From contig JAMONC010000251.1 in assembly GCA_027066725.1 (NCBI GenBank), positions 1-32,523 on the forward strand: 32,523 bases of DNA. Direction: 5' to 3'. The notes under the pieces were generated by a model, which had not been told where the DNA came from, ran no database searches, and saw only the letters and a program-made list of their open reading frames with translations. The translations under genes and the position numbers were made by a program. Below are positions 25,936 through 32,523 of the stretch, piece by piece (the stretch's first letter is position 1; every line of letters begins with the position of its first letter). The stretch is from Desulfobacterales bacterium. Lineage in GTDB: Bacteria > Desulfobacterota > Dissulfuribacteria > Dissulfuribacterales > JAMONC01.

Positions 25936-27234
25936 TTGCCTATGAGTGATAGGCCTATAGAAGGCGTTGATGTATTAATTGATAGCTTAGACTACAACCA
26001 AAAGTGTTGTGGCCTAGCAGGAAATGTTGCTCAATTAATCCTTCATCTTGAAGGTTCGTTTCCCAAAGAGGTATTTGAAGAACGTATAAAAAAGTGGATT
26101 GATATAGAACCTGCCCTTAGATTTCGTTTAAAAAGAACCCTTCTTAAAAAAAGCTTCTGGCAATACTTAGATGCCCCTATTAAGCCTCATATCTTTTGGC
26201 ATAAAGGTAATGATTATACTCAAGTTTTTGATAAACGGATAAATACTGCAATTTCTCCATCTAATCCTCCTCTTATAGCCTTAGATATCATACAAAGTGA
26301 GTCAAAGACCTATCTTTCAATTACTTGGCACCAACTTTTAGCTGATATAAGAGGAGGGGAGTTACTTATTTCTAGGCTAAAAGACCCTAAGCCAATTACT
26401 AGTAATATATGGTGTAAAAAGGAAGCTAAGTCACTAATAAAAAATATTAAACATGCCCAAGGTATACATCCTTGTATTAAAAATATTGGTAAGGCTAATA
26501 TAACAATTCCATGTTCTACCTCATTAACTAAAGCCCCTTTTTTAAAGGGTAAATATTTACAGTTTAATAAGGAAGAAAGTCAAAAATTTAGAGGGGTTGC
26601 TAAAAGGATTCATCCTATATTTGGAGAAACAGCTCTTCTTGCCTCTGTTATTATAAAAGATATGTTTAATATAATGGATTCTATTCCTATTAATAGTGGC
26701 TATTTTGTGCCTATTCCTATTAACTTAAGGGCACCTGGTGCAAAAGAGCCTCTTTTGGGGAATTTAGTTACTTTTGCATTTGTATATGTAGATTTTAAGC
26801 AAATACAAAATAGTAATTTATTGCAACTCGCTAGGATAATAGGATCAAAGATTGTTGAGCAGATATCTTATAACAATCAACAAGGCATACACGCAGCTTT
26901 TAATATTGCCCAAAATCTTCCAAGGAAGATACATCACTGGTTTTTAAAAAAGACTTTTCAGGGAAAGATTGCCTCATTTCTATTTTCAAATACAGGGCTA
27001 TGTCATATCAGCGATGTACCAGGCCAAAAGACAGAATTTTTAGGCTGTCCTGTTGTTGCATGTTTTCAGCGTCAGATGGTGACATATCCTCCTGGAATAG
27101 GATTTTTCTTTTTAACTTATGCATGTAAACTTCACTTGAGTCTTTGTTGGATAGAAGATGCTTTTAAAAATGAAACTGTAACCCATCTTTTAACTTCCAT
27201 TGAAAATAATATAAAAGCTGTGTCAGAAAAATGA
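25936..27234 (+). CDS. Hypothetical protein; possible divergent condensation/WS-DGAT-like acyltransferase fold
   Basis: The 432-aa ORF follows the YkgJ gene after 8 nt. The TTG at 25936 and the ATG at 25942 are both possible starts. Residues 131-140 (WHQLLADIRGG) sit where HHxxxDG occurs in that superfamily, but the Asp is shifted by one. A C-terminal FSNTG resembles the N-x-G motif. The assignment is weak. Confidence 0.6.
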   Translation: MPMSDRPIEGVDVLIDSLDYNQKCCGLAGNVAQLILHLEGSFPKEVFEERIKKWIDIEPALRFRLKRTLLKKSFWQYLDAPIKPHIFWHKGNDYTQVFDKRINTAISPSNPPLIALDIIQSESKTYLSITWHQLLADIRGGELLISRLKDPKPITSNIWCKKEAKSLIKNIKHAQGIHPCIKNIGKANITIPCSTSLTKAPFLKGKYLQFNKEESQKFRGVAKRIHPIFGETALLASVIIKDMFNIMDSIPINSGYFVPIPINLRAPGAKEPLLGNLVTFAFVYVDFKQIQNSNLLQLARIIGSKIVEQISYNNQQGIHAAFNIAQNLPRKIHHWFLKKTFQGKIASFLFSNTGLCHISDVPGQKTEFLGCPVVACFQRQMVTYPPGIGFFFLTYACKLHLSLCWIEDAFKNETVTHLLTSIENNIKAVSEK

Positions 27235-27308
27235 AATCTTATATCTAATCCTAATCTTATACCCTAAATAAATACTTAAAGAATCCCTTAATTATTTTAT
27301 AAAAAATA

Positions 27309-27346
27309 AAAATGTCAAAAAAATGGCATTAAAGATTTGACATTTT
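27309..27346. promoter_or_regulatory. 11-bp perfect inverted repeat overlapping a TTGACA hexamer upstream of the response regulator gene
   Basis: AAAATGTCAAA (27309..27319) and TTTGACATTTT (27336..27346) are separated by 16 nt. The right arm contains TTGACA (27337..27342). It could be an operator or a weak hairpin; function not established. Confidence 0.3.
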
Positions 27347-27421
27347 ACTTATAGATAGGCTAATTTTTTATAAAGGTTTTTATCTTAGAGTTATAAAAAG
27401 ATATGTGGAGGGATCAGAGGG

Positions 27422-28882
27422 ATGCGCAATGAATGTGTTCTGGTTGTTGATGATACACCAGAAGTAAGGCTTAGTATGGCAGAACTCCTTAAAGAGGAGG
27501 GCTTTTCTGTAGATACTGCAAGCGATGGCCAGGAGGCTATAGAACTACTTCGAACTCGTTTTTTTGATGTGATTCTAACAGACCTTTTAATGCCTAGAAA
27601 AGATGGGATGGAGGTTCTTAAATTTGTCATAGAAAATTCTCCAGAAAGTATATGCATTATTGTAACTGGTTATGGAACTATTAAAAATGCTGTAGAGGCA
27701 ATAAAACTAGGTGCTTATGATTACTTAACTAAGCCAGTAAAAACAGAAGAGGTTTTAGTTGTAATAGATCGAGCTTTAGAGGTCAGAAATTTAAGACGAG
27801 AAAATCAAGTATTAAAAAAACAGCTTAGAACTCAATATGGTTTTGATCGTATTGTAGGAAAAAGTGATGCAATGCAAAAGGTCTTTGATCTTATAGAAAA
27901 GGTTGCAGATACAGAAAGTACAGTCCTTATTACAGGTGAAAGTGGTACAGGAAAAGAACTTATAGCTCATGCGATACATTATGCAAGTGAAAGAAGGGAG
28001 CAGCCATTTGTTCCAATAAATTGTTCTGCGATTCCAGAAGAACTTTTAGAAAGCGAGCTTTTTGGACATGAAAAAGGGGCTTTTACCCATGCTATAAGGA
28101 CTCGTATTGGTAGATTTGAACTGGCAAACCATGGAACTATATTTTTAGATGAAATAGGGGAGATGAGCCCCGCCTTACAAGTAAAGCTACTACGCGTTCT
28201 TCAAGAAAGAAAGTTTGAGCGGGTTGGCGGGATAAAAACAATAGAGGTAGATATAAGAGTTGTTGCTGCTACCAATGTAGATTTAGAAGAAGCTGTTAAG
28301 CAAGGACGATTTAGGGAAGATCTTTTTTATAGACTTAATGTAATTCCAATTCATATTCCACCTTTAAGGGAAAGAAGAAGTGATATTCCCCTTTTAATTC
28401 AGCATTTTCTTGAAAAGTTTCAGCAGAAAAAGAAGGTGCCTGTAGAGGCTATTGAACCAGATGCCATGGAGTGTCTTTGTTCTTATGATTGGCCTGGTAA
28501 TGTAAGAGAATTAGAAAATATGATTGAGCGTCTTATTATCCTTGCAAGTGGACCTAAAATAACAATCAAAGACCTACCAGAGCATATTTTAAAGGCTGGT
28601 GGTAGAAAATTCTGTACTGGTATAAACGTTCCTGTTCCTACAATTCCAGATGAAGGACTTTCTCTTAGCAAAACAGTTGAACAAATAGAAAAGGCTTTGA
28701 TCTTACAGGCATTAGAAAGGACAGGATGGATAAAAAATAGAGCGGCAAAGCTTTTAAAGATGAATAGGACTACATTAATAGAAAAGATGAAAAAACAAAA
28801 GCTTATGGCTTCAAGTAGTAAGGCTAGCAAAAATAAAAAGAAAAATAATCCTACTAAAAGGCTAAAAAGTGCAAGCAATTAG
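27422..28882 (+). CDS. Sigma-54-dependent response regulator (NtrC-family enhancer-binding protein)
   Basis: 486 aa with a receiver domain (VLVVDD ... DVILTDLLMP) and an AAA+ sigma-54 interaction domain. That domain has GESGTGKE, the GAFTHA variant of GAFTGA, and FLDEIGEM. A C-terminal Fis-type HTH (NRAAKLLKMNRTTLIEKMKK) follows. A GGAGGG SD lies upstream. Confidence 0.9.
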   Translation: MRNECVLVVDDTPEVRLSMAELLKEEGFSVDTASDGQEAIELLRTRFFDVILTDLLMPRKDGMEVLKFVIENSPESICIIVTGYGTIKNAVEAIKLGAYDYLTKPVKTEEVLVVIDRALEVRNLRRENQVLKKQLRTQYGFDRIVGKSDAMQKVFDLIEKVADTESTVLITGESGTGKELIAHAIHYASERREQPFVPINCSAIPEELLESELFGHEKGAFTHAIRTRIGRFELANHGTIFLDEIGEMSPALQVKLLRVLQERKFERVGGIKTIEVDIRVVAATNVDLEEAVKQGRFREDLFYRLNVIPIHIPPLRERRSDIPLLIQHFLEKFQQKKKVPVEAIEPDAMECLCSYDWPGNVRELENMIERLIILASGPKITIKDLPEHILKAGGRKFCTGINVPVPTIPDEGLSLSKTVEQIEKALILQALERTGWIKNRAAKLLKMNRTTLIEKMKKQKLMASSSKASKNKKKNNPTKRLKSASN

Positions 28883-30258
28883 TTTCTCTTTAGACAAGCT
28901 ATAAAAAATCCATCACAGCTTTGAGGTGAGGTAGTAGGGTATATATAACACATTCCATTTTGGAGTTTTAAATCTTTTAATAAATCTATTTTAGGTGTAA
29001 ATAGAGAAAAATTTTTACCTATAGAAGAGCTTAAAAAGCGCTCAATAACTTCGATCGTTTCTTCTGGTTCAAGCGTACAAGTAGAATATACTAATATTCC
29101 GTCTTTTTTTAAAAATTGTGAATAATTACACAAAAGATCAAATTGAATATTAGATAAAAAGGCGATGTCATCTTTTGTTCTATTCCATTTTATGTCAGGA
29201 TGCCTTCTTATAACTCCTAAACCAGAACAAGGAGCATCTATTAATATACGATCAAAGCATGATTTTTTATCTTTATAATCTTTTATAAATCTATCTAGTG
29301 TATAAATTAATATGGATTTTATACCTAGCCTATTAATATTTTCTTTTAGAATTTTTAATTTATTTGAATCCTTATCAACAGCTAATATCTCAGCATTATC
29401 TGATGTTAATTGGGCAATATGAGTAGTTTTTCCTCCAACACCTGCGCAAGCATCTAATATTTTTTGCCCTTTTTTGGGATTAAGCAAATAAGAGACAAGT
29501 TGAGCAGCCTCATCTTGAACTTGAAAATATCCTTCTTTAAAGCCCTTAAGGTTATAGACATTGCCTTTACAATTAAGAACTAAAAGGGCATCTGGACAAA
29601 GGCTACCTTTTTTTACTAAAAGCCCTTCTTCTTTAAGGAGATTAAATAATTCATCTCTACTACATCTTAATGTGTTTACCCTTATAGAAAGGGGGGCAAT
29701 TAGATTGTTTGCATTACATAACTCTTGTGTTTTTTGCGTTCCTAATCTATTAACCCACTTTTTTACCATCCATGTAGGATGAGAGGTTAAAATAGAAATA
29801 CCTTCTATAGAATTTGGCTCTAGTCCAAAGGGCTTACTAGATTTTATCTCTTCTTTATATTCAATACACCTTCTTAAAACAGCATTAACTAAGCCTTTAG
29901 CCCATCTGCAAGATTTATCATGTTTAACTATTTCAACAGCCTCGTTTATTGCTGCAAATAAAGGTATTTTATCCAAAAAAAGTATCTGATAGAGCCCTAT
30001 TTCTAATGTCGCCCTTACTTTTATAGGCAGTTTTTTTAAAGGCTTAGATAGCCTTTTTTCTAATAGCCAATCGAGCAGATATAGCCATCTTACAGTACCA
30101 AGACATAACTGATAGACCAGATTTTTATCTTTGGGATTTATTGGGCTATTTTGAATACTTTTGTTGCATATATCAGATAGAAATTCTCTTTTTTTAGCAG
30201 GGGTAGTATGCCAAGAAGATAAGATCTTAACTGCTAGACTACGTGCACCAATCTTCAC
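28879..30258 (-). CDS. rsmB: 16S rRNA (cytosine967-C5)-methyltransferase
   Basis: 459 aa with an N-terminal NusB-like domain and a SAM methyltransferase with DACAGVGGKT, DAPCSGLGVIRRHPD and YSTCT. It uses a GTG start overlapping the fmt stop by 1 nt. Confidence 0.88.
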   Translation of the reverse strand: MKIGARSLAVKILSSWHTTPAKKREFLSDICNKSIQNSPINPKDKNLVYQLCLGTVRWLYLLDWLLEKRLSKPLKKLPIKVRATLEIGLYQILFLDKIPLFAAINEAVEIVKHDKSCRWAKGLVNAVLRRCIEYKEEIKSSKPFGLEPNSIEGISILTSHPTWMVKKWVNRLGTQKTQELCNANNLIAPLSIRVNTLRCSRDELFNLLKEEGLLVKKGSLCPDALLVLNCKGNVYNLKGFKEGYFQVQDEAAQLVSYLLNPKKGQKILDACAGVGGKTTHIAQLTSDNAEILAVDKDSNKLKILKENINRLGIKSILIYTLDRFIKDYKDKKSCFDRILIDAPCSGLGVIRRHPDIKWNRTKDDIAFLSNIQFDLLCNYSQFLKKDGILVYSTCTLEPEETIEVIERFLSSSIGKNFSLFTPKIDLLKDLKLQNGMCYIYPTTSPQSCDGFFIACLKRN

Positions 30259-31229
30259 TATTTAAACCTATAACCAACTGGGATAGGACGTCCCCTTAAA
30301 AAATCTGCCGCAAAAAGCCGTTTTTTGCCTGGCCACTGAAGCTCTTTTATACCAACAGCACCACTTCCTATGGCTTTGATTATGAGCGCATTATCATCTG
30401 CTCTAATTACTGTACCTGAAGATGCCTGTAATTCCTTTTGCTTAAGCTCTTTATCTGGCACAAAAAAGGCATTATAAAGCCTTAATCTTTCATTTTCATA
30501 TATGGTATATGCACCAGGTTTTGGATCAAATGCCCTTATTATATTTACGATTTTTTGAGCATCATCTTTTTCCCAATTAATTCTTAGCATTTCGCGCTTT
30601 ATTGGAGGTGCATAGCTTACACCTTCACTAGGTTGTTCCTTAGGGGTGATAGAACCAGCTAAGATACCATCTATTGCCTCTAATAATGCTTCTGCGCCTA
30701 ATTTAGCCATTCTATTATATAGATTTCCAAAATTCTCAAAAGGATCTATTCTTAAGGCTTTTTGAAGTAAAATTGGACCTGTATCCATACCAGCATCCAT
30801 CTTCATGATGGTTATGCCAGTTTCTGTTTCCCCATTTATAATTGCCCACTGAATAGGAGCGGCACCTCTATATTTAGGGAGTAAAGAACCATGAACATTT
30901 ATAGGCATAATCTTAGGAACATCTAAAAGTTTTTGTGTAAGAATTTGCCCATAAGCAGCTACTACAATAAAATCTGGTTCAAGTTTAGCTACTTCTTCTA
31001 TAAAATTAGGGTCTTTTGCCTTTTCTGGCTGAAAAATTTGAAGATTTAGTTTTATAGCTAGTTCTTTAATAGGTGAAGGAAGAAGTTTTCTTCCTCTTCC
31101 TCTTGGACGATCTGGCTGGGTTGCAACCCCTACGATATTATAACCTTCTTTTGCAAGTGCTTCTAAAGAAGGTACGGCAAATTCAGGGGTACCCATAAAA
31201 AATATCTTAATAGAGTCTTTTTTAAACAT
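30258..31229 (-). CDS. fmt: Methionyl-tRNA formyltransferase
   Basis: 323 aa with FMGTPEFAVPSL, INVHGSLLPKYRGAAPIQWAI. It sits in the canonical def-fmt order. Confidence 0.92.
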   Translation of the reverse strand: MFKKDSIKIFFMGTPEFAVPSLEALAKEGYNIVGVATQPDRPRGRGRKLLPSPIKELAIKLNLQIFQPEKAKDPNFIEEVAKLEPDFIVVAAYGQILTQKLLDVPKIMPINVHGSLLPKYRGAAPIQWAIINGETETGITIMKMDAGMDTGPILLQKALRIDPFENFGNLYNRMAKLGAEALLEAIDGILAGSITPKEQPSEGVSYAPPIKREMLRINWEKDDAQKIVNIIRAFDPKPGAYTIYENERLRLYNAFFVPDKELKQKELQASSGTVIRADDNALIIKAIGSGAVGIKELQWPGKKRLFAADFLRGRPIPVGYRFK

Positions 31230-31247
31230 TTTTTTAATTATTAGGAA

Positions 31248-31778
31248 TTATTTACTGGAATATTTTTTCTCTTTTTCTGCCTGAGCCCTTAGCTTTGCCC
31301 ATTTTTTTCTAAAAAGTGCTTTTTTTACAGGACTTAAACGATCAACAAAACAATATCCTTGTAGATGGTCAAGTTCATGTTGAATACATCTTGCTAAGAG
31401 TCCCTCTGCTTCTATTGAAATCTCTTTTTCATTTCTATCGTAACCAACAACTTGTATCCTAGCAGCCCTTTTAACAGGAGCTCTATAATCTGGCACACTA
31501 AGACAGCCTTCTTCTGCTATTTCTTCACCTTCCCATGCAATAATCTTGGGATTTATAAGTATAATTGGATTCTTTTTATTTTCTTCAGGTTCTGTTAGAT
31601 CAATAACTGCTAGTTGTTTTAAAACACCTACTTGATTAGCAGCAAGCCCTATCCCTGGGGCTTTATACATGGTTTCAAGCATCTCATCTATTAAGTCCTG
31701 TAATTCTTGATTTATATTTTTTACAGGTTCCGCCTTAGTTTTTAAAATTTTATGTGGATAAATGAGAATCTCTTTCAT
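31248..31778 (-). CDS. def: Peptide deformylase
   Basis: 176 aa with the three PDF motifs: GIGLAANQVG, EGCLS and HELDH. Confidence 0.93.
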   Translation of the reverse strand: MKEILIYPHKILKTKAEPVKNINQELQDLIDEMLETMYKAPGIGLAANQVGVLKQLAVIDLTEPEENKKNPIILINPKIIAWEGEEIAEEGCLSVPDYRAPVKRAARIQVVGYDRNEKEISIEAEGLLARCIQHELDHLQGYCFVDRLSPVKKALFRKKWAKLRAQAEKEKKYSSK

Positions 31779-31824
31779 AATAGAGTTATAATAAATACCA
31801 ATATAAAACTAGGCAATATAAAAA

Positions 31825-32502
31825 ATGAGACCACATCCAATTCGTATAAAACTTTTAATACCCGCAAGTAGTGATTTTCGTTTTCTTTTAGAAAGAGGCT
31901 ATCCTAGGGATAGTGCTTTAAAGTTTGTAGGAGATCACTATCAACTTCACCAAAGAGAGCGAGATATCTTAATGCGTTCGGTCTTTAGTAAAAGAATAAG
32001 TGCTATAAGAAAGAAAAAATGTTTATCGCCCTTAGAATTAAAAGGCAAAAATTTGGCAATAGATGGATATAATGTCCTTATCACCCTAGAAAGCGCACTA
32101 AAAAGAAAACCGTTAGTATTAGCAGATGATGGATTTATAAGGGATATAAGTAGGGTTTTTAGGAGCTTTCGTCCAACAGAGCTAACTAAAAAGGCTTGTG
32201 AATTGATATTTTCCTTTTTAAAAGAGCTAGATGTAAAAACCGTGATATTTTATTTAGATAAGCCAATATCTAAAAGTGGAGAGCTTTCAACTAGAATAAA
32301 TTATTGGTTAAGTAATTATGGACTTAAAGGAAACGCCTATCCTGTAGCCTCTCCTGAAAGGTTACTAAAAGAACATGATGGCGTTGTATCTACAGCAGAT
32401 TCTGTAGTATTAGATAAAGCGGATAAGCTGTTTGACCTAGCTGGTCATATAATAAGAAATAACTTAAAAGAAACTGAAGGGCTTTTTGTTGTGTTTGGAT
32501 GA
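31825..32502 (+). CDS. DUF434-like N-terminal domain fused to a putative NYN/PIN-like (YacP/Rae1-type) nuclease domain
   Basis: 225 aa. The N-terminus (DFRFLLERGYPRDSALKFVGDHYQLHQRERDIL) matches my recollection of DUF434. The C-terminal part has LAIDGYNVLITLE plus later acidic positions (LADDG, YLDKP, STADSVV), as in NYN-type RNases. Assigned from memory and motifs only. Confidence 0.55.
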   Translation: MRPHPIRIKLLIPASSDFRFLLERGYPRDSALKFVGDHYQLHQRERDILMRSVFSKRISAIRKKKCLSPLELKGKNLAIDGYNVLITLESALKRKPLVLADDGFIRDISRVFRSFRPTELTKKACELIFSFLKELDVKTVIFYLDKPISKSGELSTRINYWLSNYGLKGNAYPVASPERLLKEHDGVVSTADSVVLDKADKLFDLAGHIIRNNLKETEGLFVVFG

Positions 32503-32523
32503 TGTAACTGTTTTTTATTTTAT

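Noticed and set aside
27324-27342. TGGCAT near TTGACA upstream of the response regulator, considered as a sigma-54 promoter
   Set aside because: Ten nucleotides after the GG comes TT, not the required GC of the -12 element, so the spacing and sequence do not fit TGGCAC-N5-TTGC.
28483-28878. 131-aa very hydrophobic minus-strand ORF directly downstream of rsmB
   Set aside because: It is the antisense reading of the Lys/Glu-rich 3' end of the sigma-54 regulator gene, where AAA and AAG codons read as Phe and Leu on the other strand. It has a TTG start, no SD and low-complexity sequence. I judge it a frame artefact.
1-32523. Searched by eye for a CRISPR array, tRNA/rRNA genes, IS elements, integrase, prophage or a defence island
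   Set aside because: I found no regularly spaced direct repeats, no tRNA-like GC-rich cloverleaf segments and no transposase, integrase or phage-like ORFs. The only GC-rich structured segment is the riboswitch. Gene content is dominated by conserved housekeeping operons with uniform AT-rich composition.

Overview
This is an AT-rich, tightly packed bacterial chromosomal segment that I judge to be mostly core housekeeping. The gene content suggests an anaerobic, possibly thermophilic Thermodesulfobacteriota-like organism, but that is only an inference. I see no tRNA or rRNA genes, CRISPR array, transposase, integrase, prophage or recognisable defence genes.

Recognisable content, left to right:
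- A cobalamin riboswitch with an intrinsic terminator controls a BtuC-type permease, which is ATGA-coupled to the start of an ABC ATPase.
- A small PxxKW-type cysteine-rich protein.
- aspC-like aminotransferase, truA and argC, then the rplM-rpsI operon.
- A short transaldolase/Fsa, then hisD.
- An orphan 597-aa hypothetical protein.
- nth, a metallo-beta-lactamase (MBL)-fold hydrolase, cbiA and a CPBP protease.
- A long minus-strand run: recR, holB, yhaM-like, nadE, and a two-gene sufC plus sufB/D-like pair.
- mlaE-mlaF-mlaD, followed by a 500-aa secreted W-P repeat protein.
- hpt, a YkgJ-type Cys-cluster protein and a 432-aa hypothetical.
- An orphan sigma-54 enhancer-binding response regulator.
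- The def-fmt-rsmB operon and a DUF434/NYN-like protein.

The candidates most worth a second look are:
1. The 597-aa tail-anchored protein, which carries a textbook retroviral-type CCHC zinc knuckle.
2. The MCE/Mla operon. Its MlaD has a four-fold repeated C-terminal extension that includes a perfect 46-nt direct repeat. Its fourth gene is an uncharacterised ~16-unit W-P repeat exported protein sitting where MlaC/MlaB would be expected.
3. The YkgJ plus acyltransferase-like pair.

None of these can be shown to be a new system from sequence reading alone. All functional statements about them are hypotheses.
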